A stretch of 64,000 nucleotides of DNA. Origin: Octopus bimaculoides (lineage: Eukaryota). Positions within the stretch are counted from its first letter, which is position 1. The number at the start of each line of letters is the position of its first letter. This document shows, piece by piece, positions 14,540-27,851 of this stretch. The position numbers and the translations under genes are program-made. A model generated the notes under the pieces. It was not told the origin of the DNA. It saw nothing but the letters and a program-made list of their open reading frames with translations, and ran no database searches. The stretch is from the NCBI RefSeq assembly GCF_001194135.2, contig NC_068985.1, positions 31,221,792-31,285,791 of the forward strand, written 5' to 3'.

Positions 14540-17500
14540 TACCATCAACATCGTCAGTTGACATGTTTTCCATGCTGGCATAGGTTGGATGGTTTGACTG
14601 GAGCTGATAAGCTGGAGGGCAGCACCAGGCTCCAATTGTTTCTTTTGACATGGTTTCTACAGCAAGATATCCTTCCTAACACTCACCACTTTACAAAATG
14701 TGCTGGGTGCTTTTTACATGGAAGTGCTGCTATGAAAGGCTATTAAACATGAAAGAAAGAAGGTCCTTCCAATATGGACCCAACTACTCTAGTTGACAAC
14801 AGTATGATTGATAAAACAATTGAAGACATGAGGACAGGGTAAGTCCCTGCTCTGTAACAAAACACTGCTTAAAATATCTGGCAGAGTAGGATACAGCCTG
14901 GTCACCCATATGATTAATCAGGTTATATATGAAGATGTCACACACAGACTGGTGTAGCAGCTTTATAGTCTGTTGTTACAAAGGTAAATGAGATACTTTG
15001 CAGAGGTATGAAATTACTGAACCAAATCATGAAAATTAAGAGTTATAGTCCAATTAATGAAGAGCAGGATTAGGTAAGATGATATGCAGTTTGGTTTTGT
15101 GCCAGGAATAAGTATATAGCTAAAAGTAAGCCATTGCATGTGGCGTTTGTCAACCTGAAGAAAGCCTTCAACTGAGTACCTCATTCTATAATCCAGTGGT
15201 TTCTGAAGAAGCTAGAAATAGACAAATGGCTTATGAAAGCCGCATAAGTCGTGTACAGTGGTGCTATCAGTAAGGTGAGTTAGCTATGTGTACAGCAACA
15301 AATTTTAAATACAGGCTGAGGTTCAGTCTCATTGTTGTCATCCAGGCCATAACAGAGGAATTCAAGACTGGCCATATGCTGATGACCTCGTTCTTATAGT
15401 AGAATTTGAAAAGAAATTCCAAGTGTAGAAGCAAAACCTGATATCTATGGGCTTAGTAAGGACCAAAGTTCAAACAAGGAGAAGAACCGACAGGATTCCA
15501 CCCCCATCAAGTCAGTAGCCCTGCTCAATATGTAGAAAAATTGTTGACAGGAATTCCATATGGTGCAAAATATGGACACACAAGAGATGCAGTGTAATTA
15601 CAGGAAGGTTTGCAGAGTAAGTAGTTTTTGTATGTGGAAGATGTGCAGGAGCTATAAACGCTGAGAACACATAGGAAATAGATTTATACACACATATACC
15701 ATCAAGTCTGGAGTTGAAGATATATGTAATATTACCTTTGAAGGTACTGAAGAACCTCATTGTAATAAGCTATCTAATAAGCAGCAGAGAACAGGCTTGA
15801 AAATCTAACTTTACTAAGTTTTTAAAAACTGGTGTTGGATGGTATAAACCCATATTTATGAAGTCTCTTTTGTTAGACATTTTAAAGGGTTTGAGAAAAC
15901 AGTACATCTGGTGAGAAAGCTTTAGATTATTAGTTCTGGGTGAGTGTAGAAAGAGTTTGTCCAGATCTGGATGACATATTTTTTTCACTAATATGCAATG
16001 CTGAAAGGTATTATAACATGTTCTATAATTGTGTGTGCATTTAAGTTCTTTAGTAATTTGCCTTCATATATGATTGTGTAATATATCATGATAGAAGAGC
16101 ATCATAGCATCAAGAAGTTCCAAAGTTGCTGTGATTCCATGTAAACAGTCAATGTTTTAAATTGTAATTTCATTATTAGCCAGTTTTATGAATTATTGTA
16201 TTGGTTTTATTACAGTTGTCTTCATGAAGCTGCAGAAAATAATAATGTATATTTATTGGAGGCTTTGCTAAAACAGTTGGATAAGTTGCAGTTTAAACAA
16301 CATATCATTAACTTCAGAAACAATTACGAACAGGTAAATCTTTTATTCAATTATAATTTCCAATCCTCTTATGCTTCTCAAATGTAAGTGTAGATATATT
16401 GCAAATATTATTCTTTTAGATGCTATTAGTTGTCTCTGATTGTTAATATTTCTAACAATCCCAATATAAAATTATTTGCCATAGAAATGATCTCAATGTT
16501 GTGGTTTAACCTTATGTAGTACTTGTTTTGAAACAGTGAGATGTGATTTGAGAAGTGAAGGCATGTGACCTAACGGTTAAGGAGTTGTACTCATGATCAC
16601 AAGATTGGTTTTGATTCCTGAACTGGGTGGTGCATTGATGCCATGGAAACTAGGTAATTGGTCCTAAGAATCTTAGGATTGAAGACAGAAATCTCCAGGG
16701 TTTATGATATAATGATGTGATTTGAGAGAGATTTTGTTACTTTTCTAACGAGTTGAGTGAGCTTGTAATGATACCCTTATTGATTCTTTCATATCTAATA
16801 TTTTAGTATGGTAAATTGGATTTGAAAATGGTAGTTTCAATTACAGCATTACTGACATTAACCCTTTAGCATTCAGATTATTGTCAAATGTAATGTTTAT
16901 TTATTCACATTGTTTTGAATTAATCATGCGTTATCTTGTAGCTAAGAGAATTTGATGATGTGATTGTTTATTTCTAGAATGACATTGTAGGGTAGATGTG
17001 AGAGATCCGGTCTGTCCTGTTTAAATATAAAACAGGTAAATATTTTGACCAGATATGATTGGTTTAAATGCTACTGATGTGATAAGAGAAAAAATGATTG
17101 CCTTATAAGCCATTGGGATCATTACTTGTATGTGGTATGTATTTATAGCTAGATAGTCTCAGTAATTCAGAGTTAAATATATATTCTAAAGATACAGTTT
17201 AGTACTTGTCATACCAATTATTAATGTATTACCTGAGAAATGTACAACATGCCAATTCAGCTGGCTGTAATTCTACAAAGTAATCCCATCAAAATATTGT
17301 TTAGAGCTTTTAATAAAAGATGTATTGTATCATGACTGCACCTTAAATAAATGTATTTGTCTGCTACCTTAAAAAAATTTTAAGGTTTACAGTTTGTATA
17401 ACTATATCAGTTAGTTATCTTTTATCTTTTACTTGTTTCAGTCATTGAACTGGGGCACCACTTTGAAGGATTTATTTAAACAAAGCAACCTCAGTACTAA

Positions 17501-20500
17501 TCTTTTAAATCTGGTACTTCTATCAGCCACTTTGCTGAACCACTAAGTTACAGGGGATGTAAATAAACCAACACCAGTTTTCATGCAAGGTGGGTGGGAG
17601 AAAACACAAAGACACATACACATGTAAACATATACGTATATATATATTTATTTGTCCCACCCATGCTAGCATGGATGGCAGACATTGAACAATGATGATG
17701 ATGTATGTGTGTGTGTGTGTGTGTATCATGGGCTTCCACACAGTTTCACAAGGTGTAAAGTCAGCCCAAGGCTGCAATAGAAGATACTTGCCCAACATGC
17801 CATGCAGTGGGGCTGAACCTGAAACCTCATGGTTAGAAAGTGAGCTTAGTTGCATCTAACTGATTTTTTTTTAAATTCCATTGTATATTCACTTTCCCAT
17901 GCTAGCCTGAGTGGGGTATTTTTATTTTTGTAGGAAAAAATCTTTTTTGCAGATAGATGTCCTGGAAATCAAGTAAATTGGATTGTATCAAGTAGCATGT
18001 GTTTTACACAAGAACATAATATAATAGCTGTAGTAAGAATTGGACTTAGGATTAACCCCAACGATTGTTGTTCTTGTCTAGAATATTTATCTAGATATTG
18101 GTAATTGGTAATGTTATCAAATTATATTGTTTCAATGCAACCAAACTGTAATGCTACACTTGACATCTTGTAACATCTGACTTATTTCACTGTTTCAGAC
18201 TGCACTTCATTTGGCTGTGATAAAAAATTTTCCAAGTATGGTTCATATTTTAATAAAACATGGAGCTGACGTCAACATATTAGCAAAAGTAAAAATCTGA
18301 CTTTTAATTCCTAAAATTAATTTACATTATCCATAAAAATCAGTATTTTTCTTACCATAAGGTGATATACAAAATATTTCTCTTCTGTATATTACTAAAT
18401 AATAATACCATATTGATTTCCTAACACTGGTTTGATGTTTCAGATTTATCAAATATTAAAATAGTGTTGACGGAGAATCAAAAGTTGAATCCTGTATCTA
18501 AATTAGACTATATGAGTCTATAAGAATCTACTTCTTTTCTGAGATATTCTAGACTAATCCTTTATTAAAGTGAAAATTCAGATATTCATTTAAAATAAAC
18601 TTACTTTTTTTTCTATTTGCCACCTATTTATTCATAATCATGTGGATGATATAGATTATACAAACTTAGACATATACATACTGTTGTATATATTGTTTTT
18701 CTTTTCATTTTATAACATTTTTTTGTTATTAGTAACCACTCAAATGTGAAGTGAAATTAGGAAGACTTGAGTCATGCAGTGTTATGTGCTTTGCTCTGAG
18801 TACAAAACAGTAGATGTCAATAGTTTACTACTACAGATATTATGCTTTGTGTCATATTCTGTAGATATTTTTAATCATTACATCCTGTCAGTTTAAATTC
18901 ATCCACCAAATATTTTTTATTTCATATCCATAAATACTTTCTCCATGCCTTCTTACTACTTTCTATAATTTTTTTCAGAGCTGTCAGGAAGACAGTTCAA
19001 AATTTGAAGCCCCTCTTCATCTGGCTGCCTCCAAACTAAAAAGAACATTAGTGAAAGAACTTTTAACAGCCAAAGACATTGATTTAGATCTCAAGAACTC
19101 AGATGGTAATGGAAACCTTTGTTTATTTTTTTTTTTTTCATTTTCATCTTCAAGTCCTTATTCAAATTTGATTTCAGTTTAATATTTTCATATGTAGGCG
19201 ATATCTATCATCATCTTCATCATCAATTTTTCTCTGATCATATTTTCCCATACAATCATGTATTGAACTTTACAACTTTCCATGCATCTCAGTTCTATAT
19301 CATTTCAAATGTGATACTTAATTTTCTCAAATATGAAATATTTCTTTGAGTAGGCACAGGCATGACTGTGATAAGAAGTTCAATCCCTACTGTAGCATCT
19401 TGGACAAGTATTGCCTGCATCTGTGTGGCATCTTGGACAAGTATTGCCTGCCATAGCTTCAGGCTGACCAAAGCCTTGTGAGTGGATTTGGTAGATGGAA
19501 ACTGAAAGAAGTTTGTTGTACATATACATGCATGTGTGTGTTTGTGTGTCTTTGTTTTGACAGCATGTGTTAGTTGCAAATGAGTGTCATTGTCATAGAA
19601 CCAGTCTCATTTGTTTCCAGTATTCTGCAATGGGGAAACAGGTGAAAGTTGGTGACAAGAAAGTCAAATTGACTAGAAAATTTTCCTTAATATGCTCGAT
19701 ATAATTGATCATAATTGACTGATTTCTTTACAAAAGTAACCTGAAACATTTTTTGTGGGACAAGCCATTGTAGTTCAGGCTTCTGTTGCTGGAACCCACT
19801 TGATACAACCTTCAGGCATCAGTCTGCTCACTGGCAGTGTTGGGTGTGGTCGTACTGCCACATGGTGTGTCTTTGTTTTGCAGTGCTTCTTCCCTGTTTG
19901 TCAATTTTTGTGGTGGCTGAAATGAAAGAACATTGTGCTTCTGCAAAATTCTGTTTTCTGCTGGGGAAATAGATGGCCAAAACAGTTGTCCTGCTTCAGA
20001 TAGCTTGCAAGGCCGCTGCCATGAACAAAACACAAGTTTACAAGTGATTTTCATGCTTTAGGAATGATTACTTGTTTGAGGACTAACATCATTCAGGGCA
20101 ACCATAAACCTCCTGAACAAATGAAAACATGAAAATTCATGAACTGATCTTAGAGGACTGTCACGCACAATTGACAANNNNNNNNNNNNNNNNNNNNNNN
20201 NNNNNNNNNNNNNNNNNNNNNNNNNNNNNNNNNNNNNNNNNNNNNNNNNNNNNNNNNNNNNNNNNNNNNNNNNNNNNNNNNNNNNNNNNNNNNNNNNNNN
20301 NNNNNNNNNNNNNNNNNNNNNNNNNNNNNNNNNNNNNNNNNNNNNNNNNNNNNNNNNNNNNNNNNNNNNNNNNNNNNNNNNNNNNNNNNNNNNNNNNNNN
20401 NNNNNNNNNNNNNNNNNNNNNNNNNNNNNNNNNNNNNNNNNNNNNNNNNNNNNNNNNNNNNNNNNNNNNNNNNNNNNNNNNNNNNNNNNNNNNNNNNNNN

Positions 20501-21447
20501 NNNNNNNNNNNNNNNNNNNNNNNNNNNNNNNNNNNNNNNNNNNNNNNNNNNNNNNNNNNNNNNGGGAAAAAGAAAAGGGAGAGACAAAAAGAGGGTATGG
20601 GGAAGAGGGAGAGACAAAAAGAGGGTATGGGGAAGAGGGAGAGACAAAAAGAGGGTATGGGGAAGAGGGAGAGACAAAAAGAGGGTATGGGGAAGAGGGA
20701 GAGTACTGTGTCTTAAGTCTATAAAATTGTGCATAAATTATATAAAGTGTATATATGAAGTGCATTAAGTAATCATCATATTCCAATTTCCTTCACTTTT
20801 CAATGAGTAGCAGCTGAGTCATTATCTTTTTATGCAAATACAACACAGGGTACACTTTCAGATTTTCTGGATAAAGTTTTCAGAAATAACCAAATAAGTT
20901 TACCAATAATTCTGAGAATATATTCATGGATCCCACTAGTTATGAATGGAGCTACTTTTTAGCTTGATGTTTCTGAGGTTTGTTTTTCTTTTTAATAAAA
21001 GGTAAATTACATCATGTATCCATTGTACTTTTGGCTTGACCATTTGAATTTGGATTTTATGTATGATATATTTTACTTACAGGTCAGACTGCACTTCATT
21101 GTGCCGTTCAAACTCCTCATTCAACTGGGACAGACAAGACTTTCATAATCAGTAAACTCATTAAAATGAATGCAAATCCATCATGTAAGGTACAGATAGA
21201 TCTTTAATATCTTGTATTTCTTTTGACTGTTGAAATTAGGTATAAACCATTCCAACATTCAAACACAATGCTAATTTGGAATTTAAAAAAAAAAAGGTTT
21301 TCCTATAAATTTTCTTTTTTTCCTTTTAAACAGTTTTCCATGCTGACATGGACAATATGATATTAGGAAAGCTAAACATTTTGCAAGTGTGGCCATGTGG
21401 TAAGAAACTTGCTTTCCAACCACATGGTTCCGAATTCNNNNNNNNNN

Positions 21448-21484
<37 letters not shown>

Positions 21485-22836
21485 AACACATACACGTGTG
21501 TATGTCATTGTGTTTACGTCCTCATAACTTAGCAGTTTACCAAAGGAGACTGATAGAATAAATACTAAGCTTTACAAAAAAATAAGTACTGGAGTCAATT
21601 GATTTAACTAAAAATTCTTGAAAGCAGTGCCCAGCATGGCTTCAGTCTTATGTGACTGAAACATGTAAAAGATAAGATTTGTATCTTAGAGCAAATATTT
21701 GTACAAGTGAATTACCTTCCCATTATTCAGCTGTAGTAAAAGAGGAGAGGAACGAGTAAGAATTGGAACTCATTATGACCATGTGAACAATAATTCAGCA
21801 TTTTAATTTCACAATTCTACATATGGTACTGAATTCCATTATGCTCAAATAAACTTTGCCCCAATTATGTTTATTGCAATTAAATTTCTTTTTTTTAAAT
21901 CCTGTTCTTTAACATGAATGATTGGATTAAAATTCAACTCATCAAATTAATAAAACATACTGGTTAGCGAGCTCATGCTATTTACAGTTATGAGCTGTAC
22001 CATTCCATATTTACTGCTGGTGTAAGTCTAACATTTAGTCATACACTAATTACAGTATAGCTCATTGGTTACAAATGTTTACCATTCAGTTGGAAATTCA
22101 TTCAACTCCATTACTGAATAACCATAACAAATAACTTCATTTTGAGAACCTATAAACTAAAGCAATAATGTGAGGAGTGATTTCAGCAAGAAATTAGTGT
22201 GACATTTAGTTTAATGGTAAAATTAATTACTTTAATAGCTAAACATTAATATAAAAGATGAAAACACTATTAATTTTATAACAATGTATTACAAGTTAAC
22301 CATTTCCGGATCCTATTTGTACTAACTTAGAAAGAATCAAGAATTCAATTGTGTTTAGTGAAATATTACCTGTAGTATCATAGGTAACTTTGAAAGTATA
22401 TTTTATCAAATTTCTTAGTGCCTATATATAATGAAAGAAATACTAATTTTTATATGTAGGGCTTTGTGATGTCTTGGTTAATTTATACTCAAGCTATTCT
22501 AAGATCCGTGAAATCTTTTCACTATCAGCTGGAAAAGAATTCATTTAAATCTTCTCATCATCTTCTGTTCTTTTCCAGGATAAAGAACAAGGCAAGAATA
22601 TTTTGATGTATGCCATAGAATTTTGTGATTATGATGTCATTAGTGTTATTCTGAAGACTGCATCATGGGAACATATTAAAAAAATGCTGACAGATAAATC
22701 TGACAAAGGAGAGACCTGCTTGACTCTTGTAAATGCTTTTGATAAAGATCATGAATCATTTTCCAAACAATGCAAATTGGTGCAAACCTTGCAAGACTAC
22801 CACAAAAAGGTAGTTGGAGAACTACAAGGTAAATAA
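7917..22836 (+). CDS. IkappaB-family ankyrin-repeat protein, atypical/nuclear type (IkB-zeta/IkBNS/Bcl3-like), about 804 aa, 7 coding exons
   Basis: join(7917-9549,12545-12626,16216-16333,18199-18288,18979-19105,21083-21189,22579-22836) = 2415 nt; all introns GT-AG with compatible phases. Ankyrin motifs TCLHEAA, TALHLAV, APLHLAA, TALHCAV, NILMYA. Four intron positions (G-T phase 2, Q|T phase 0, D-G phase 1, K|D phase 0) correspond to those I recall for IkappaB-alpha. Confidence 0.85.
10867..11872 (+). mobile_element. 5'-truncated RTE-clade LINE (RT C-terminus, gap, 3' UTR, (GAT)n tail)
   Basis: Reads AWAKFRELLPLLATKGLSLKVKGRLYDACVRTAMLHGSETW...RRLRWFGHVVRM. The 3' UTR ends gcggacgttaaac(gat)n and recurs at 30770-30905 and 48157-48480. 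Confidence 0.9.
12545..12626 (+). CDS. IkB-like gene coding exon 2 (ASQKRKINQQQIDGLTKEDFRKIGGSGT)
   Basis: ttgttcag acceptor, AC|gtaagt donor; phase 1 in, phase 2 out, fitting both neighbours. Confidence 0.85.
13395..13712 (+). mobile_element. tRNA-derived SINE
   Basis: Head with A-box-like TGGCTTAGTGG and B-box-like GAGTTCAATTCC; body shared with 13723-14088 and 46214-46552. Confidence 0.75.
13723..14088 (+). mobile_element. tRNA-derived SINE, second family member in tandem
   Basis: Head GGCCCAGTGG...GGTTTCGATTC; close reverse-complement match to 46214-46552. Confidence 0.75.
14800..15750 (+). mobile_element. Decayed RTE LINE reverse-transcriptase region
   Basis: AFVNLKKAF-like and YADDLVL (about 15377) motifs in broken frames. 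Confidence 0.7.
16216..16333 (+). CDS. IkB-like gene coding exon 3 (ankyrin repeat, CLHEAAENN...RNNYEQ)
   Basis: ttacag acceptor, CAG|gtaaat donor. Confidence 0.9.
18199..18288 (+). CDS. IkB-like gene coding exon 4 (TALHLAVIKNFPSMVHILIKHGADVNILAK)
   Basis: tttcag acceptor, AAA|gtaaaa donor; canonical ankyrin repeat. Confidence 0.9.
18979..19105 (+). CDS. IkB-like gene coding exon 5 (SCQEDSSKFEAPLHLAAS...DLKNSD)
   Basis: tttttcag acceptor, G|gtaatg donor. Confidence 0.9.
20577..20702. repeat. 30-bp purine-rich minisatellite (GGGAGAGACAAAAAGAGGGTATGGGGAAGA)n abutting a gap
   Basis: Four near-perfect units visible; the array probably continues into the N run. Confidence 0.95.
21083..21189 (+). 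CDS. IkB-like gene coding exon 6 (GQTALHCAVQ...NANPSCK)
   Basis: cttacag acceptor, AAG|gtacag donor. Confidence 0.9.
22579..22836 (+). CDS. IkB-like gene coding exon 7 (DKEQGKNILMYAIE...GELQGK*); may instead splice out at 22828
   Basis: ttttccag acceptor; in-frame TAA at 22834-22836; internal CAAG|gtaaat donor after 22828. Confidence 0.8.
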   Translation, partial: DKEQGKNILMYAIEFCDYDVISVILKTASWEHIKKMLTDKSDKGETCLTLVNAFDKDHESFSKQCKLVQTLQDYHKKVVGELQGK

Positions 22837-23709
22837 GTTTCATATTGTCATTATTTCCTATAAGAACGGAAGTACATTTACAAATAAGATGGTGAATTAG
22901 CAGAATCATCAGAACATTGGACAAAATGCCTTACACTATTTGTTTCAGCTTTCTACGTTGAGTTCAAATCCTACTAAGGTCAACTTTGCCTGTCATTCTT
23001 CTGAGATTAATAAAATAAAGTACCAGTCAAAATACTGGGTCAATATAATCACTTGTTCCTCTCTCCAAAAATTTCTGGAAATTATAAAATTAGTAGTTTA
23101 GCCGAATCAGTAGTGTCAAATAAAATGTCCTGCAACTACTTGTTCTTAGTTCAAATCCTAAGTTCTACTTTGCCTATCGTCTTTTCGAAATCAATAAAAT
23201 AAAGATCAGTTCAGGGTGGTGAATTGGGGAAAATTTTAAGGTCATAGGTCATAATATGGGTGGTAGACTTAATCTATCACTCTGTTTAAGACTAACACTT
23301 GACCCTTGAGCACTTTTAACAAAATCTTCTCTAGTGTAAGCATTTAGGCTATGTCTCTACTCAGAAGATAACTTCCTTTCTCTCACCAATCGTGTCAGCT
23401 CTAAAAAATGGTAATTGATAAAGCCATTAAAAAAAAAAAAGATGTAGTGTTACACATGGTCATGGTCAGAATGCTTTTGATCATAAGGCTGTTCTGTCAT
23501 AGTTTCCTTGCAGCTATTTCTAGTTGTTCAGTTACCTAAGGTTCATCATGTATGAGCAGGAACAAACTGAACGCTAATATTGCTGCCATACAGAATATAC
23601 TTCCACCAATAGACCTTCTCACATGGCCACTCAAAGTACTAGATACAGTAGCCATATTTCTTTGAAATTACACAATATTGTTTAAAATACAACAAAAAAT
23701 ATGTATATA

Positions 23710-24957
23710 CAGAGTGGTAAGATATTTGAAGACAGATTTATGCTTAAAAAAAAAAACAGATATAATAACAGATAACTTTATTTATCAAAAAATGTTATGA
23801 GGATAAAAATAAACCTTCTTTTCTATAATGTTATTCAATAAAGCCACCTTCAGCTTCAACAACTGCTTCTATATGAGATCTAAATCATCTACGTGCTTGA
23901 ATTAAGTGGTCCTGGTTCATTTTAGACATTACTCTGACTATGGCAGCTTTCAAAGAATCTTTGGTGTTACGGGTGTTGACTTCTCCCTCAACAATGCTCC
24001 ACATATAATAGTCCAATGGATTGAGATCTGGGGAATTAAGAGGCCAAATGTTAGGGATTATGTGATTGTGAAAATTTTTAGCCATCCATTCCTGTGCTAC
24101 TAGAGCCATGTGTGATAGTGCAGTCTTACTGAAACTCATATGGCCTTCCATTGCATACACTGTCTATCCAGGGCTTAACAATTATTTCCAAGACCTCAAT
24201 GTAGGCAGCAGTGTTAACTCTAAGGCCCTGTGGAAAGAAGTAAGGAGGCATCACATGTCCTTCATTGCTGAAAACCTCTAAAACCATGATAGTTGCAGGG
24301 AATTTTGTATGCATAACACTTGGAACTTCAGGAGGATCTGCACATAACCATCTGTCATATCTTCTGTTAACTTTTTGATCTTGGTTGAAGTTCTTCTCTT
24401 GAGAAAAACCAAATCAAATCCTCTTCTGCTGCATTTTTCAGTTTAAGAGCCTTTTAGATCTGATGTAGTGATTTTCTTTTGCTTTTTCTGATAAAGTGAC
24501 CTTTCCTCATCATATAAGACTTGTATCTGATGTCTTCGTGGATAACATTTCTGACTGTTCCTTCTGAGACATGGAGATCTTTTGCAATTGACCTGATGGA
24601 CTTTCTGGGATTATAATCAATGGTCTGTTGAACTTACTGGATAAATTCAGGCGCTTTGATGATTTCAGAGTGTTTAGAATGTTTTTTTATGTTTTGCTAC
24701 TGGTGATAAGTTTCCATCTTCAGTCTCTAGCTCCTTGCAAACTTTGTAGACAAAAGATCTGGCAACTTTTAAAAATTGAGATATTTCTAAATCACTATGC
24801 TCAGCCTTTATAGCCACAATAACAGCATGCCTCTTCATTCCTTGAGTAAGCTGAGGGTCTGCCATTATTATTTTCTGAAACAAAGATTATACAGAGTAAG
24901 CAAAAAATGCAGCAATGACCCAAAAAAGGTATATCCTCAAATACCTTATGCACCTTG
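23710..24957 (-). mobile_element. Full-length but decayed DD37D (maT-type) Tc1/mariner transposon
   Basis: TA-flanked imperfect TIRs (cagagtggtaagatatttgaag vs reverse complement caaggtgcataaggtatttgagg). Broken transposase: HTH N-terminus KRHAVIVAIKAEHSDLEIS..., then D(37 residues)D ending WPLNSPDLNPLDYYMW. Confidence 0.9.
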
Positions 24958-25294
24958 TATGTATGTGTATATGTATATATATATATATATATGGCAAAAA
25001 TACATGGAACAATGTAGTCCTTCATATAAAAAAAAAACTGGATGGTCACTAGAGGATTATATATTGCAGCACTATTGTTAGCCTATGGACCTTCACAACA
25101 GTGGAGATTTGAAGCAACCATATTAACAGCTTAACATTAACACAAGTAATTTTCATTATTGGGCTACAATTTCTACATGTTCAGTCTAGCTCAGTGCTCC
25201 ACAACCTTTTTTCACTTGCGGTACACTTATATTTTTTTTCAAAATAGACCATGTTCACTGGTCTAACCTTCTTTTGACTTTCTTTTAATTTCAG

Positions 25295-25311
25295 TAACAT
25301 TGAATTAATTG
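25295..25311 (+). CDS. Candidate 17-nt microexon of the IkB-like gene (would encode VTLN*)
   Basis: Long pyrimidine tract plus tttcag acceptor and TTG|gtgagt donor; phase matches the 22828 donor. Confidence 0.45.
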
Positions 25312-25835
25312 GTGAGTACAATTTGAATCCCTCTTCATTGCTCACATGAAATATATGGTAATTGATGATACCAGCAATGAAACTATTCCAAGAGCTTGCT
25401 GTTGGCAGGTGACTTGATACAAATTTATGTTAGCTAATGCAAAATGGCACACATTGTAACATGATATGCCAGCTGAAATTGAGCCTATAGAGTCAGCAGA
25501 CAATGAAATTAAAAATTTATCAGACATCAAGGAAATTTAATTGAAACAGGTTATGAAAGTTGAGGAGAAAAATGACAGTATAAAGGAAGTAAAATATTCA
25601 ACCAAAAGTGGGAACAATCAACTGGAACTATTCAATTTCTCTACTGTTTCATGTTTTAAATTGCACTTTACTTACATCTTTAGACATTATAGTCTACTTC
25701 AAGTAAAAGTAAGCATTTCAATATATATAACTATTATATTGTATGTCCAGAAATGTACTTTTTTTTTATTTACAATATAATGTCCTTGCAAGCATTTTCA
25801 GTATTCTAAATCTTAAACTTTCTTTATATTTACAG

Positions 25836-25873
25836 ATGTACAACCACATCCATTATTGAGTGAGGATATATAA
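25836..25873 (+). CDS. Candidate terminal exon of the IkB-like gene (DVQPHPLLSEDI*)
   Basis: ctttctttatatttacag acceptor, phase 1 compatible with the 22828 donor; AATAAA hexamers follow at about 26190-26525. Confidence 0.55.
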
Positions 25874-26599
25874 TTTTTATATCCAGCAAGTTTTCCTGAA
25901 AGGATTAGCAACATAAGCAAAATGATTATAAACTAGATCATGTGATTACTTTTGGTATCACACAAGGGAAAGTAATGATCAGAAAACTTTTAAAGTGAGG
26001 ATTCTACTATTAGGCTTAAAGATGTAATATCTTTGTATTTAGGTTTCTAATCTGAATAATTTTAATTTTGTTTTTTTACAGAAAAAAATTAATTTTTATA
26101 TATGCTTCCCAGATCAGATCAATGTTAACTCACAAGAGAATGTATTCTCTATAAATGCAAGATATTTATTCAGTGTATTGATCTCTAAATAAAACATGCC
26201 CTAGATTTTAGAAGATTTTCAGAGAAGAACAAGAGAACTCAAGTTTACTGTACAACAACAACAACAGAGTGCAAGACTAAATGCTGTTAGGATATTACTT
26301 TTCAAGAAAAATGTATAGAAACAATAAATGCCTCATGATCAAAAACGTGATTTCATAAACCAACACAATGAGATACCCTTCAGCTACATTGGAAGGGAGC
26401 ATTTGTGCATAGGTTTATTCTGAACTACTTAAGTACTTCAAATGTAACATATCATTGTAATAACACCCCTAAATAAATGTCAAATAAGCTGATGATAAAT
26501 TGATTTCAATTCTTAAATTGAATAAAATATTAAATATTTCTCTGATTGTTCCCAAATTTTTATGAATTTACATGCAAAAAGATATTATTGTTGACTATA

Positions 26600-27794
26600 C
26601 AAGGGTTGGCTGAAAAGTTCATAAACTGACCCAAGATACTCTCATGGAATGTGACCAAATGTTTATTTTTCAGCATAATCCTCTTTATGATCCACATGCT
26701 TTTTCCATTGGTGTTGCAGCTTGGATTTCACTGGTGAAACTTTCATTTGGTTGGCCAAGAAAGTCATCTATAGCAGATATGATATCATCACTGCAATACT
26801 AGTTCCCAGCCAAGTGTTTTTTCATGTTGTGGAACAGATGACAGTCAGATGGGGCCAAATCAAAAAAATAGGAAAGGTGATCAACCAGTTCAAAACCACA
26901 GCCATGTACAGCAACCATTAAAAGCAAGGATTTGTGTGCTGGGGTATTGTCTTGATGAAACAAGATCCCTTTCATCAGTTTTCTTGGACGTTTGGTTTTG
27001 ATAGCCTCAGCAGGTTGGTATAGTACTCTCCATCAATGGCGTAGTCCTTTTGAAGATAGTGAATAAACACAATGCTTTTTGCATCCCAAACAACTGAGAC
27101 CATCACCTTCCCTGCAGCTTAAACAACATTGGCCTTCTTTGGAGCAGGTGAGGAGGGATGTCTCTACTGCATGGATTGTCTTTTTGTCCTTGGCTCAATG
27201 AAATCAATCCAACACTCATCCTGGGTTAGGGAACCAACTGGATTTTCCTGTGATGTGATCAGCCTGGTGTGCTTTTGACCTGGGGTCAGAAGTGATAGCC
27301 ATTGAACAAAAACCTTTGTCATATCAAGTTCACTGAGCAGAATATTCTCATCTCTCTCACAGAATATGTTAATATCATTGGCCATTTGATTTATAATCAA
27401 TATTTTCCCCCAGTGGTGGCAGTTGCAGAATGTCCAAACCTTGAGTCATCTTCAAGACTCTCCCTTCCCCTCCTAAATTCAGCTGCCCATTTTTGCATTA
27501 TTGATAAAGCTGGATCATCATCCCTTAATGTAGCAACCATGTTACCAAGAATGTCTTTGGGGGCTAATCCTTTTTTTTTTCTGCAGGTATTTAATCATGG
27601 TGCCAAACTTTGTCCATTTTCAAGAGAAGTTGCCACTGGTCACTTTTGAAGTCTTCTTTGAACAGTCAGATGTCAGTTTACCAGGAAATAAATAATGCAG
27701 TTACTAATAAGTGTTATAATTAATGCATGCAAGATTCCACGACTCTAGCATCACTCCTTCAGAGTCAGCCTATGAACTTTTCAGTCCACCCTCA
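26600..27794 (-). mobile_element. Decayed mariner transposon
   Basis: TA-flanked TIRs (caagggttggctgaaaagttcata vs reverse complement tgagggtggactgaaaagttcata). The minus strand encodes FHQDNTPAH and DLAPSDCHLF remnants. Confidence 0.9.
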
Positions 27795-27851
27795 TAGATG
27801 AACTTATTGTGATAATGAGCTTGCAAAGCAACAAAAATGTAGCACTCTTAA

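Noticed and set aside
19393-19451. Short direct repeat gcatcttggacaagtattgcctgc, plus similar small duplications at about 960-1070 and 44527-44588
   Set aside because: Two-copy local slippage duplications with no further structure.
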